Shown here: positions 46,796-57,173 of the stretch, piece by piece
How positions within the stretch are numbered: position 1 is the first letter of the stretch
Layout of the letters: the number at the start of each line of letters is the position of its first letter
The notes under the pieces: generated by a model
What the model was told of the DNA's origin: nothing
Seen by the model: the letters and a program-made list of their open reading frames with translations, nothing else
Databases searched by the model: none
Position numbers and translations under genes: made by a program
Assembly (NCBI GenBank): GCA_963713045.1
Contig: CAVQKE010000006.1
Location: forward strand, 224,001 to 288,000
Source of the DNA: an uncultured delta proteobacterium
GTDB taxonomy: Bacteria; Myxococcota; Myxococcia; Myxococcales; Myxococcaceae
Reading direction: 5' to 3'
DNA: 64,000 nucleotides

Positions 46796-47515
46796 TCAAC
46801 CCTGCGCGGCAGAGGGCAGGCGTGCCTCCGGAGCGGCCAGCAAGGCGGCGACCCGTCGGCCGACCGCCCCGGCCGAGGCGGGGTTTTGCCCGGTGACGAG
46901 GCGCGCGTCCTCCTCGAGATGGGGTGCGAAGGGGAAAAATGCGCGGTGGTAGCGCCCGCCGGCTTGCTTCAGCCGGTCTTCGAGGAGAAACGGGACGACG
47001 CGGGTCAGGCCGATGAGTCGCTCCTCCAGGTTGGCGAAGCCGGTGACACGGCGTCCCTGCACCAGCGGCTTGCCTTGGGCGTCCCGGACGCCGAAGAGTC
47101 CCGCCGAGCCGTGGCATACCGCCGAGACGATGCCGCCGCGCTGGTACAGCGCGCTGGCGATGGCGGACAGGTGCGGGTTGTCCGGGAAGTCCCACATGGC
47201 CCCGTGGCCGCCGGCGAAATAGACGGCCTGGTAGCGCGCCTCGTCCACCGCCGAAGCCGGAAGCGACTCTTCCAGTTTTTTGCGCAGACCTTCTTGTGCC
47301 AGGAAGGCCTCGTTCAGTCGGTCCGGCGGCGAGCGGCTTTTTTCATCCATCGGCGGCAGGCCGCCCTTCGGGCTGGCAATGTCGACAGCCAAGCCCCGTT
47401 GGGCCAGGGCGTGGTGGAAGTGCGTCACCTCGCCCAGCCAGTAGCCCGTCTTTCTCTCAGTTGAGCCAAGTGCCTCGTGACTTGTCACGAAGATGAGGAC
47501 GGAGGGAGTTGGCAT
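46796..47515 (-). CDS. DJ-1/PfpI (Hsp31-like) type 1 glutamine amidotransferase domain protein
   Basis: TGYWL.E, GGHGAMWD, AVCHG and LVTGQNPAS motifs. Confidence 0.93.
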   Translation of the reverse strand: MPTPSVLIFVTSHEALGSTERKTGYWLGEVTHFHHALAQRGLAVDIASPKGGLPPMDEKSRSPPDRLNEAFLAQEGLRKKLEESLPASAVDEARYQAVYFAGGHGAMWDFPDNPHLSAIASALYQRGGIVSAVCHGSAGLFGVRDAQGKPLVQGRRVTGFANLEERLIGLTRVVPFLLEDRLKQAGGRYHRAFFPFAPHLEEDARLVTGQNPASAGAVGRRVAALLAAPEARLPSAAQG

Positions 47516-47668
47516 GGGGGCCTCGCCCGCGCGCGGGGGCTGAAGCGTACCGCTCCTTGTACCGGCGGCTCCCGGCAAAGTTGCGGCCGCGCGAAGGAGA
47601 TGGGGGCCCGCAAACCCCCGAAGGCCCTCCCCTCCTTCAGGCAGAGGGGAGTTGGCCAGCCGTCTTCG

Positions 47669-50600
47669 TCAGGGGGAGAACGTCTGCGTCCGCACCGTGG
47701 CGGCACTGATGGCGGTAGCGCCCCAGGGAAAGTCAAAGTACTGGTTGACGGCGTACTGCCCGAGGAGCCCCGGGCTGCCAGGGTAGAACGGGCCATCCAC
47801 AATGGGTCCGGGGAGCTGCTCCTTGGTGGCCGAGCCGTCTGCAACAGCAATCCACCGCACGTTGGAGCCGCCGCCCTGGTAGTTGAAGCTCAGCACGTTG
47901 TCCGACCGGAAGGGGGGACTGCCGACGTCGACCGTGAAGGCACCGCCCGGACGGGCGAAGGGCCCGGGGTTGTAAAGCGCGCTGGTGAGGCCGACGGCGG
48001 AGCCGTAACTCAATGGCGTCATGCTGTGCACCCGCCCCCAAATCCAGTTGCTCTGCGCGCCGAAGGTTTGGCTGACTTGGTCATAAGCCGCCGCCATGTC
48101 CGCCTGCGCTTGGGCTGCGCAATTGTTGTTCGCGCAGAAGGTTTGTTCTGGCGCGGGCAGGCCAGGCGTCAACATGAAGAGCGCGGCCTTAATGGCCTTG
48201 GTCGGGTCATCGCCGACGCTAAGGCCTGCCGCCGCCAGCGACGCGGTGAAGACATCTCCCAGGTAGCGGTTGAGGAAGGCGTGGAACAACAGGCAAGCGG
48301 CAGAGTCCTGTGCGTTGGTGCCGCTCGTGTCGGGCAGACTCGCCACTGGGTCCGTCCCCGTCAGTCCGGTTGGGCAGTTGAGGCCGTCGGTTTGCCAGGT
48401 GCCCATGAGAGTCATCGCCGCAGCGTAGGAGCCGGTTGCGCCGGAAGGAGCCGGCAGCAGGGGAAGGAAGGCTGCGGCGATGGTGGCCACGTGGTCGGTT
48501 TGGATGGCCTCCATGTCCGTGAGGGACACCGTGCCGCCGTCCGTGTAGGACGCCAACAGCGAGTCAATGCGGCCGGCCCGGAAGGCAGTCGGGTCGTCCC
48601 AAGCGAAGCTGAGGTACGGCACCGTCGGGGGAGCGCTGTCCGACATATAGAGCGACTGAGGCGCGGGGACGCTGGGGTCCGGGTTGCAGGCTTGAGCCCA
48701 GGGGGCGGCGTTGGCGGTGGCGAAGTAGCCCTTGGTCGGATTCTGCCCCTGGGGAAGTTGTGCGTCCGGCACCCAGGCGGGTGGACCCCCGGGCACTGGT
48801 CCCCACTCCGCGACCCCGACGCCGGGCAGCGCGGCCCAAGGCAACAACGTGAAAACTCCAGCCGGCCCGAGATTCGCCACGTTGCCCGCCCAGGGCCGCT
48901 GCGGAACGAAGGCATGTGGGTCATAGCCGATGTTTCCGCTGTCGTCGGCGATGACGAAATTCTGCGCCCCGGTGTCGTAGCTGGCCAGGGCCGTAAACGC
49001 GTCCGCGACGTTGGCTGCGGTCAGCAGCCCGAAGAAGCCCTTGAAGGGGTTGCACGTTTGGTTGCTCATCGGCCCGCAGCGGTTGACTTCGAGCCCCGAC
49101 CATCGCCGGCTGATAAAGGAAGTCGGCGACAGCTGCTGGATGAAGGAGCCGTGAACCGGCGAGAACGAAATATTGATGGGCATATTCATCGTGTCGTTGG
49201 AGGTCCCGACACTTCCAACGCGCACGGTGACGTTCTGCTGCACCGTGAGAACCGGTAGGGTTCCGGTCGCTCCCCCAAACACAATCTCCCCATTCGACGG
49301 GTCGATGGTTTCGACGTAGAGGTCGGTCACGTCATAGCCCACCACCGTCACTCCCCAGGCGATGTGTGCGCTGCGGCCAATTTCAATTCCTGGAATCCCA
49401 GGGAAGGCGGCGCCCACCACTTCCAAGCCGTCTCCGGAGGTGAGCGAGACGAGGTGGAACAGCGGCGGGTATTGCAACGGCAGGTGCGGGTCATTGGCGA
49501 CCATCGCCGCGCCGCTCGAAGAGGAAGTTCCCTTGACCACCCAGTTGTTGGAGCCGGCGCGCTCCAAGCCGGTGCTGAGTTTCTGCTTCAAAGCCTTGAG
49601 GTTGGCCGAAAGCTGCCGCAGTCCCTGGAGGCCTCCCTTGAGTGCCGGCACCGAGAGACTGCTTTTGGGGGCAGAGGCTTTGGAGGCGGCCACCGGCCCG
49701 CTTCCGGCCACGGCCGAGGAGATGGTGTACGCGTTTGGAACGGGCTGCTGGCAGCGCAGCCAAGCATTGACTTTGGCCAGGTCCTGAGTCGGCCCGGGGA
49801 GGGCATAGGTTTCGAGGAAGAGGGTGTTGTCGACCTCGGCAACCGTGTCGTCGGAGAGGTCCCATTGAAACCAGCGCGCGATGGCCATCGTGTCCTGCGG
49901 GACCCACGTCTCCACCACGGTGGGTCCAAGCGCGAAGGGCAGGGGGAGGAGTCCATACTCGGCGGGGAAAGGGGCGCTTGGGTCCCCGGCCTGCATCGCG
50001 GAAATGTACGCATTCACACCATTGGTATAGGCCTGGATGATGGCGACCTCGCTGGCCGCGTCCGGGTCCGCGCTCATCTGCGCCCAGAGGGCCTCACCGA
50101 TTGGCTGGCCGGGGGGGTTGCTGAAGGGCGTGGAGAACAGCGTCCGCAATTGAATGTCATCTGAAAGCGCCTCCTCCCCGAGCAGCGCCGACAGCGTTCC
50201 CTCCGCCTGACGCCGCAAAAAGTCCATTTCGAAAAGTCGGTCGTGCGCGTGCAGGTAGCCCTGGACGGCGAAGCAGTCGACCTGCGTCTGGCAGTTGATG
50301 TTGGGGATGTCCCGCGCGTCGTAGGTGACAGTGACGGGTGCGGTGAGGCTGGGAATGGTTTGCGAGGTGACGACAGTGGGTGCGAGGTTGATGGTGGCCG
50401 TGGCCCTGGCGCTGCTGCCGCTGACCAGCGCCGTCAAGGTGACGGCGCTGGCTGTGCCGATGGATGCCGGCGGCGTGTAGAGGACACTGCGGCCACTGCT
50501 GGGCGAGATGGTGCCCGCGCCCGTCGCTGGGGTCAGGGACCACGTCACGTTGTTGGCGGTGTTGTAGGTGCGGGCGGTGAAGCCCGTCGGGGCCCCGCCG

Positions 50601-50734
50601 GGCGTCGCGGATATTGGCCCGGCCGGGGTGATGACGACAGCGACAGTTCCACCGCTACTGGTGGAACTGCTGCAGCCGGCGGCCAACGCGGCAAGCGCAG
50701 CGGACAGCAAGGCCAGTGGAAGACGAGCGCGCAT
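47669..50734 (-). CDS. Penicillin acylase family Ntn-hydrolase, lipoprotein with N-terminal Ig-like domain
   Basis: AAGC lipobox; QGYLHA.DRLFEMD, GSNNW (Ser nucleophile), ANDPHL, ATAN motifs. Confidence 0.92.
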   Translation of the reverse strand: MRARLPLALLSAALAALAAGCSSSTSSGGTVAVVITPAGPISATPGGAPTGFTARTYNTANNVTWSLTPATGAGTISPSSGRSVLYTPPASIGTASAVTLTALVSGSSARATATINLAPTVVTSQTIPSLTAPVTVTYDARDIPNINCQTQVDCFAVQGYLHAHDRLFEMDFLRRQAEGTLSALLGEEALSDDIQLRTLFSTPFSNPPGQPIGEALWAQMSADPDAASEVAIIQAYTNGVNAYISAMQAGDPSAPFPAEYGLLPLPFALGPTVVETWVPQDTMAIARWFQWDLSDDTVAEVDNTLFLETYALPGPTQDLAKVNAWLRCQQPVPNAYTISSAVAGSGPVAASKASAPKSSLSVPALKGGLQGLRQLSANLKALKQKLSTGLERAGSNNWVVKGTSSSSGAAMVANDPHLPLQYPPLFHLVSLTSGDGLEVVGAAFPGIPGIEIGRSAHIAWGVTVVGYDVTDLYVETIDPSNGEIVFGGATGTLPVLTVQQNVTVRVGSVGTSNDTMNMPINISFSPVHGSFIQQLSPTSFISRRWSGLEVNRCGPMSNQTCNPFKGFFGLLTAANVADAFTALASYDTGAQNFVIADDSGNIGYDPHAFVPQRPWAGNVANLGPAGVFTLLPWAALPGVGVAEWGPVPGGPPAWVPDAQLPQGQNPTKGYFATANAAPWAQACNPDPSVPAPQSLYMSDSAPPTVPYLSFAWDDPTAFRAGRIDSLLASYTDGGTVSLTDMEAIQTDHVATIAAAFLPLLPAPSGATGSYAAAMTLMGTWQTDGLNCPTGLTGTDPVASLPDTSGTNAQDSAACLLFHAFLNRYLGDVFTASLAAAGLSVGDDPTKAIKAALFMLTPGLPAPEQTFCANNNCAAQAQADMAAAYDQVSQTFGAQSNWIWGRVHSMTPLSYGSAVGLTSALYNPGPFARPGGAFTVDVGSPPFRSDNVLSFNYQGGGSNVRWIAVADGSATKEQLPGPIVDGPFYPGSPGLLGQYAVNQYFDFPWGATAISAATVRTQTFSP

Positions 50735-50965
50735 GCGGGCACCCCAGGAAGGCGAAAGGAAAGAAAGCGCATCGCTCGCGCGTGTTGACCGGCAAGTCAA
50801 CAACAGAACGACGACGCGCCGCGGTAAGTCACAAGGACAGCGTCCACTTCGCTGCGAAGTCGCGTTTGGGCGCGAAGGCCGCTGCCCACCGCGACGTTCC
50901 GCGGGGTTACCAGCGGCGGTGCCCACTCGTCAGTAGGACGACCGACCGGGCCCGGGGGGGGCACC

Positions 50966-52030
50966 TCAGGCGGGCTCCTGCTGCGTCATGCAGTGCAAGG
51001 TGCCGAGGCCCCACACCAAGTCCAGCGCGTGGATGCCCACCACCTCGCGGTTGGGGAAGAGGCGGGCCAACGTCCCCAAGGCCACCCGGTCAGCTGGGTC
51101 ATTGAAGGTCGGCACCAGGACGACGCGGTTGGCAATGTAGAAGTTGGCGTAGCTGGCTGGCAGCCGTTGGCCATCCCAGTCGACCGGCTGCGGCATGGGA
51201 AGTGGCACAACGTGCAACGGCCGTCCGTCGGCGTCCGTCATCGAGGCAAGACGCCGGCGGTTGTCCTCCAGCCTTTCGAAATTGGCGTCGCTGCGTTTCC
51301 TCTCGGTGGCCAGCACCACGGTGGTTTCGTCGACGAAGCGTGCCAAGTCGTCCACGTGTCCGTGCGTGTCGTCGCCGACGATGCCTTCTCCAAGCCACAG
51401 CACCTTGCGGATGCCGAGGTATTCGGAAAGCAGCCCCTCCAGGGCAGACCGCGACAGTCCAGGGTTTCGGGCCTGAATGGGAGAAAGCAGACATTCCTCG
51501 GTGGTGAGCAATGTTCCAGTTCCGTTGACGTCAACGCTTCCCCCCTCCAGCACCACCGGCTGAAGCCGTCCGCCGAAGCGCGCCGTGGGCTTCCACTGGC
51601 GGCGCTTCTGTGCCCGGGCAATGCGGTCGGGCACTTTGTCGTCCTTCAGGTGGTTGGGGTACTTGGCCCAGCCGTTGAAACGCCAATGGGTGAGGGCAAC
51701 TTCGCCTTCGGCGTGCTTGACGAAGAGGGGGCCATGGTCCCGCGTCCAACTTCGGTCGGTGGGGAATGGAAAAAAGTCCACCTGGCCCATGTCGACCCCG
51801 GCCCGCCGCAGCACTCGCCGGGCCTGCGCTGCCTGCGCGGGGCCATTGACTTCAATGCGCACCCGTTCGGAGCGGGACAACCAGCGCACAATCTCGGCGT
51901 AGACAAGCGGAATGGCTGGAAACTTTCCCGGCCAGTCCGACCGCTCGTGCGGCCAGGCCAACCAGGTGGCGGCGTGCGGCTCCCACTCCGCCGGCATGCG
52001 GAAGCCTCGGGCCGCGGGCGTGTCCTTCAT
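50966..52030 (-). CDS. aguA: Agmatine deiminase
   Basis: MPAEWEPH, WTRDHGP, LEGGS, DDT.GHVD, ASYANFY and G.LHC.TQQ motifs. Confidence 0.93.
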   Translation of the reverse strand: MKDTPAARGFRMPAEWEPHAATWLAWPHERSDWPGKFPAIPLVYAEIVRWLSRSERVRIEVNGPAQAAQARRVLRRAGVDMGQVDFFPFPTDRSWTRDHGPLFVKHAEGEVALTHWRFNGWAKYPNHLKDDKVPDRIARAQKRRQWKPTARFGGRLQPVVLEGGSVDVNGTGTLLTTEECLLSPIQARNPGLSRSALEGLLSEYLGIRKVLWLGEGIVGDDTHGHVDDLARFVDETTVVLATERKRSDANFERLEDNRRRLASMTDADGRPLHVVPLPMPQPVDWDGQRLPASYANFYIANRVVLVPTFNDPADRVALGTLARLFPNREVVGIHALDLVWGLGTLHCMTQQEPA

Positions 52031-52916
52031 TCGTCCAGCATGCGCCGCGTCATGCCGCCGTAGGCGTCAATGCGGCGGTCGCGCAGGAAGGGCCAGTTGC
52101 GCCGGACGTCCTCGGTGCGCTGCGGGTCGCATCGCACCACCAGCAGCTCCTCCTCGGTGCGCGACGCCTCGGCCAGCACCACGCCGAAGGGGTCTGCCAC
52201 GAAGCTTCCGCCCCAAAACTCAATGCCGCCCGTCGCCGGCCCCTCGTGGCCTACGCGGTTGACGGCCGCGACGAAGAGGCCATTGGCGATGGCGTGCGAG
52301 CGCTGAATGGTTTGCCAGGCCGAAGCTTGGGCCGCGCCAAACTCGGCCTTCTCCTGCGGGTGCCAGCCGATGGCCGTCGGATAGAAGAGGATGTCCGCCC
52401 CGGTGAGGGCGGTGAGTCGCGCGCCTTCCGGGATACCACTGGTCCCAGCAGACGAGTGTTCCCAGACGCCCATGCGCGGTGTCGAAGCTTTTGAAGCCGA
52501 GGTCTCCCGGCGTGAAATAAAACTTCTCGTAAAAAGAGAGGATCGTCCGGAATGTGCATTTTCCGGTAGAGGCCCCGGCTGCTGCCATCGGTGTCCAGCA
52601 CCACCACCGTGTTGTGGTAGAGGCCCGGCGCCCGCTTCTCGAAGAGGCTGGCCAGGATGACCACTTGTAATTCTTTGGCCAGCGGCGCCAGCCGCTCGGT
52701 CGACGGCCCGGGAATGGTTTCCGCCAAGTCGAAGAGGGCGACGTCCTCGCGCTGGCAGAAATACTGGCTGCGGAAAAGTTCCGGCAGGCACACCACCTGT
52801 GCGCCGCGCTGGGCCGCCTCCCGAATCAACCGCACTGCCTTGTCCAAATTCTCGGCGGGGCTCGGCGAGCAGCGCATTTGCACGAGTCCGACCGTGAACG
52901 GCTTCTTGTCACCCAT
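52027..52916 (-). pseudogene. aguB: N-carbamoylputrescine amidohydrolase (CN hydrolase) with two +1 frameshifts
   Basis: ELF..YFCQ...RKMHIPDDP / YEKFYFTPGDLG...CWDQWYP / EGARL.AL...YPTAIGW lie in three frames. The extra bases fall in runs at 52531-52535 and 52430-52432. Confidence 0.9.
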
Positions 52917-53044
52917 GGCGGCAGGGACGCTGCCCAGGCAGATGCCCAGCTGTCAACCGACAGTGCTGAGAAGGAAGACCTCCCAGCTGGCCTTCGGCAG
53001 GCCGGGAGTCCGGTGGAGTGTGTGGTGCGCCTTTCCCAACGGTC

Positions 53045-54523
53045 TCAGGCCCGGCGCAGGGACGGACCGCGCGCGCGGCGCAGCAGTTGGTGGGCGATGT
53101 CCCCCAGCGTCCGCAGCGCAGCGTGGATGCGTTCGTCGTCGGGGATGCCGGTGTTGATGCGAATGCAACTTTGGTAGCCGGTGCCCGCGGCGGAAAAAAT
53201 GGGGCCGGGAGCGACGGCAATTCCGCGCTCGAGCGCCTCGGCATGCAATGCCAGGGCGTCGACGCCATCCGGCATTTGCACCCACAACAGGGTGCCCCCT
53301 TCGGGACGGGTAATCCGGGTCCCCTCCGGGAGCGCCTGGCTGAGGGTTTCCCGCATGCGGTTCATCTGTCCGGCCAGCGTTCGCCGCAGCGTGCGCAGGT
53401 GCCGGTCATAGCCTCCGGCTTGGAGGAGCTCGGCGATGGCCATTTGAAGCAGCGTCGGGGTGGCCACCGTCTGAGCGAACTTCAAGAGTTCCACCCGCTC
53501 GGCGAAGCGCCCAGGGGCGGCCCAACCGATGCGCCAGCCCGGAGCCAGCGTCTTGCTGAAGGAACCGCACAACATCACCCAGCCCTCTTTGTCCCAGGCT
53601 TTGGCGGCCCGGGGCCGCAACGGCCCGAAGTGAAGGTCTCCGTAAATGTCATCCTCGATGAGGGGCACCTGGGCCCGGCGGACAAGTTCCACCAATTCCT
53701 GTTTGCGCTCGTCGGGCATGACGGTGCCGAGGGGGTTGCTGAAGTTGGTGACCACCAGCACCGCGCGCACTGGGTGCCGGTGCAGCGCCTCGGCCAGGGC
53801 ATCCAGCTGGATGCCGTCGCGCGGGTGGGTGGGAATCTCCAGCGCGCGCAGCCCCAGGGCCTCGACCACCCGCAGCACGCCGTAGTAGGCCGGCGATTCG
53901 AGGGCGACGATGTCGCCTGGGCGGGCCACGGCCAACAGGCATAGCGAGACGGCTTCGCTTGCCCCGCAGGTGGTGATGAAGTCGTCGGCCGAGAGGGTGC
54001 AGCCCCAGCTGAGAGAACGACGGGCGAGCTGCTGCCGAAGCGGCGGCCAGCCCGGCGGCATGTCGTACTCGAGGCCGATGCCGCCCACTTCGCGCGCCAG
54101 CGCCGCCAGCACCCGGTTGAGTGGCTTACTGGGCAAGAGCTGCGTCGACGGGACGGCCGCCCCCAGCTGCACCATGCGCTCGTCCCGGGCGGCGGCGTAC
54201 ACGCGCCGGACCAGGTCACTCACCTCGGGCTCCGCAGCGCGTCGCGACGGGCGGCTGGTGGCGGGCTCCGGCACGGGCGCCGGACGCGCCGGGAGCCGGA
54301 CGTAGTGCCCCGACTGGGGGCGCGCCTCGACCAAGTCCTTCGCCTCGAGCAGCTGGTAGGCCTGCAGCACGGTGGAGACGCTGACCCGCTCCTGAAGCGA
54401 CAGGGCGCGCACCGAGGGCAGTCGGTCCCCTGGAGAGAGGATGCCTGCGGCAATGGCATCCCCCAGCTTCTCGGCCACCCGCTCAAACAGCAGCGTCCTT
54501 GGAGTCTGGACGGGTGTTGCCAT
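53045..54523 (-). CDS. MocR/GntR regulator with PLP-dependent aminotransferase domain
   Basis: GDRLPSVR wHTH; SNPLG, IEDDIY and SFSKTLAPG.RIGW motifs. Confidence 0.95.
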   Translation of the reverse strand: MATPVQTPRTLLFERVAEKLGDAIAAGILSPGDRLPSVRALSLQERVSVSTVLQAYQLLEAKDLVEARPQSGHYVRLPARPAPVPEPATSRPSRRAAEPEVSDLVRRVYAAARDERMVQLGAAVPSTQLLPSKPLNRVLAALAREVGGIGLEYDMPPGWPPLRQQLARRSLSWGCTLSADDFITTCGASEAVSLCLLAVARPGDIVALESPAYYGVLRVVEALGLRALEIPTHPRDGIQLDALAEALHRHPVRAVLVVTNFSNPLGTVMPDERKQELVELVRRAQVPLIEDDIYGDLHFGPLRPRAAKAWDKEGWVMLCGSFSKTLAPGWRIGWAAPGRFAERVELLKFAQTVATPTLLQMAIAELLQAGGYDRHLRTLRRTLAGQMNRMRETLSQALPEGTRITRPEGGTLLWVQMPDGVDALALHAEALERGIAVAPGPIFSAAGTGYQSCIRINTGIPDDERIHAALRTLGDIAHQLLRRARGPSLRRA

Positions 54524-54582
54524 GAACGCCTCTCCTTTTCGGGCCGAAAGGTGGACTTAGCGCCCAGCCGGGGTGCAAACCA

Positions 54583-54626
54583 GCACAGTGCCAGCCGTTG
54601 GCCCGCCAGCCCGTCCCGGACTGTGC
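54583..54626. promoter_or_regulatory. Inverted repeat upstream of the MocR gene (possible autoregulatory site)
   Basis: GCACAGT ...30 nt... ACTGTGC. Confidence 0.3.
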
Positions 54627-54642
54627 CGGTTGTCGCCGGCCC

Positions 54643-56424
54643 TCAATAGCGCCAGGAGGTGGTGTCCGCGCCGGCGGGCGCCGTCTTGAGGAAATGCTCG
54701 ACCAACAGCGGGATGAAGCGGGAGTGGTAGGTGAGGCGCGACTCGAAATTCATGTGTTCGGCGTCCCCGCTCCAGCAGTGACCGTCGCGGCTGCCGTAGC
54801 GGACCACGGCGTCCGAGTGGGGGTTGGACGTGGAACGGAGGAAGGCGTCGAGGCGCACCACTGCACCGTCCAGGAAGTAGGTGTCCAAGTTTCCGACATT
54901 GACCCAGAGTTTCCCCTGCAACTTGGGGCCGAGAGTGGCCCAGTCCCGCTGGAGGATGTGGGTCAAGTCGTAATGCTCGCGCCAGTAGCTGGCCACCTGG
55001 GGGTGGAGGACGCCGGTGCGCTTGTCCCAGAGGGGCTCCGGATAGCCGTCCTCTCCCACCGGTGAGGAGACGGCCTGCCAAGCGTCGAATTGCCCACCCG
55101 AACGGGTGTGACTGCCGAGCACCAACTCGAGCAGGTTGTCCTGCTCCATCGTGTTTGTCGGGTAGCCATCGGCGTTGCGCGCCGAGGCGCGCGGCGTCCG
55201 CCGAAAGGGCCCCTCGCTGAAGTAGGCGTTCTGGTCGGCGTACAGGTTCACCGTCACGAAAGCCCGGTAGTCGACGGGGTCCGGGCAATTGGCGATGGCC
55301 CCGTTGTACGCGTCCGGGTACAGCACTTGGTCGGCCAACGAAATCCACCCACCGGTGGAACCACCGTACAGGCCCCGAGCCCAGGGCCCCAGGCCGCGGT
55401 ACTTCTGCTCCAGGTACGGGACGAATTCTTCGGTAATGGCGTCTCCGTAGGGGCCGAGGTTGGCCGAATTCACGGCGTAGGAGTCGTCGTAGTAGGGGTT
55501 GGCATCCTGCAGCTGGACGAGCAGCACGCGTGGAAAGCCGGGGCCGGTCCACTGCTGATGAAAGCGCCAGCCATACTCCTCCACCATGCGCGTGTAGCCG
55601 TACTTCTCGCAGTCCTCATGGCCGTTGGGGCAATGACGGGCAAGGCCCGCTAAGTCCACCGGTGGAAGCTTCGGGTCGGGTGGCTCGCCGCGGTAGCCAA
55701 AGAGCTCCGCCGAGAAATGCCCCTCGGAAATGACGAGCGGGTAGTGGGCCTCGGGGTGGCTGTCCCAGCCTTCCGGCAGCAGCACCAGTGCGCTGAGGAA
55801 GGTGTCTCGTCCCCAAAAGCGGGACAATTTTTCACTCCGGAAGCGGACGTGCTTGAGGTAGCGCGTGTCTGGAAGCGTCGGCAACGGCGGCAGCGCATGG
55901 TCGAGCTGGAGTGCCACCGTCGTCCCTCCGCCCGGGTCGAGGTGCATGCGCTTCGGCGTGGAGACCAGGTTTCCCGGGGCCTGGTTCCATTGCTGGCCTT
56001 CGCCCCGGTCCGGCGGCAGCTTCACCACGGCGCCGTCGCCCCGATGAAACGTCTCAAACGGGTGGAGGACTGCCTGCACCCAATAGTCGCCGGGAGGAAG
56101 CCCTCTCAGCGAGGCGATGGGGTAGCCCAGCACGGCGTCGTCGATGGCGGCCTCAGCTTGAGGCTTCCATCCATCCACGTCGATGCCGAAAACTTCCGGC
56201 GTCTGGTCGCTGTTTTCATCGACGTCAACCTGAAGCCTTGGCTCGGGTGTCCCCCCCACAGCCACGACGACCACCAGTCGGCCGTCGAGGGGCCCCGGCG
56301 CGAGTTCCACCGGGTAGCGAACGACGAAGCGCGTGGACGGCGCGGCCGGGGGTGCCTCCGACTGCCCGACCGTCTGACAAGCGAGGACCACCGGCAGAAG
56401 GAGCGCGACTGGAGGCGGACGCAT
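54643..56424 (-). CDS. Secreted/lipoprotein alpha/beta-hydrolase (esterase-like)
   Basis: VLAC lipobox; VNSANLGPYGDA, GGSTGGW nucleophile elbow. Confidence 0.8.
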   Translation of the reverse strand: MRPPPVALLLPVVLACQTVGQSEAPPAAPSTRFVVRYPVELAPGPLDGRLVVVVAVGGTPEPRLQVDVDENSDQTPEVFGIDVDGWKPQAEAAIDDAVLGYPIASLRGLPPGDYWVQAVLHPFETFHRGDGAVVKLPPDRGEGQQWNQAPGNLVSTPKRMHLDPGGGTTVALQLDHALPPLPTLPDTRYLKHVRFRSEKLSRFWGRDTFLSALVLLPEGWDSHPEAHYPLVISEGHFSAELFGYRGEPPDPKLPPVDLAGLARHCPNGHEDCEKYGYTRMVEEYGWRFHQQWTGPGFPRVLLVQLQDANPYYDDSYAVNSANLGPYGDAITEEFVPYLEQKYRGLGPWARGLYGGSTGGWISLADQVLYPDAYNGAIANCPDPVDYRAFVTVNLYADQNAYFSEGPFRRTPRASARNADGYPTNTMEQDNLLELVLGSHTRSGGQFDAWQAVSSPVGEDGYPEPLWDKRTGVLHPQVASYWREHYDLTHILQRDWATLGPKLQGKLWVNVGNLDTYFLDGAVVRLDAFLRSTSNPHSDAVVRYGSRDGHCWSGDAEHMNFESRLTYHSRFIPLLVEHFLKTAPAGADTTSWRY

Positions 56425-56560
56425 CACCCCCACATAGTCGCTCGCCGGGCCAAGAAAAGGAGTTTGGCTTTCTGTCCAGACCGACACCTACCTTGCGTGC
56501 GCGTGGCCGAGTGCACTATGGACGGAATCCCAGTGTGTGCCCCGCGTGGGCTCCGTAGGG

Positions 56561-56992
56561 ATGCAGAGCACTCGCCGACAAAGCCGCTGGAGCCGCCGCA
56601 GCCCCCCGGTGGCCGGTGGCCTGTGCCTCCTCCTCATTGGCGTCCAGGTCCTCGGCCTGACACACCTGCTGCTCGAGCGGCACGGGATGTGTTGGGAACA
56701 CGGCACCGTTACTGAGCTCGGCAGAGGCGACTCCGTTGCAGGGGCCCCCGAGGAAGTCGCCGGGCCCCTCGGCCTGCACAGCGGTCAGTCCGCCGCGGTC
56801 GAGGACGTCGATGACCACCACTGTCCAGTCCAAGCGGCACGCCGTGACTGGGGCAATCCGCCCGGCGTCGCCGAGTTGGCACTCGTCGTTGGCTCGCTAG
56901 TCTGCGCCGTCGGCCCGGGCGATGCTTCGTCCCGAGCGGACGACACGCTGCTGCTGCGTGCCCCGAAGCAGTCTCCCCCGGGCAGCGCCTAA
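56561..56992 (+). CDS. DUF2946-like His/Cys leader protein ending RAPKQSPPGSA
   Basis: N-terminal hydrophobic helix, H....H..C.EHG and HHCP, C-terminal APKQSPP; lies upstream of the TonB operon. Confidence 0.7.
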   Translation: MQSTRRQSRWSRRSPPVAGGLCLLLIGVQVLGLTHLLLERHGMCWEHGTVTELGRGDSVAGAPEEVAGPLGLHSGQSAAVEDVDDHHCPVQAARRDWGNPPGVAELALVVGSLVCAVGPGDASSRADDTLLLRAPKQSPPGSA

Positions 56993-57173
56993 CTCCGGTC
57001 CCTTCGTACCGACGGGGTGCCGCGCCGAAATGCGGCCTTCCTGAACGTCATGGGCCCGGGCTGGACGTTGTGGCGCGGCGCACGCCGCCGCGACCCCAGC
57101 GCCTTCCCTTTGTGGGGGCTCCCCCGCAGGCTTCGAGACCCCCGTCCCTCTCCACCCAACCTAGGCGCTTTCT

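Noticed and set aside
50840..50930. GEMM riboswitch-like GCGGGGTTACC
   Set aside because: Wrong strand for the downstream acylase gene, and the core motif is incomplete.
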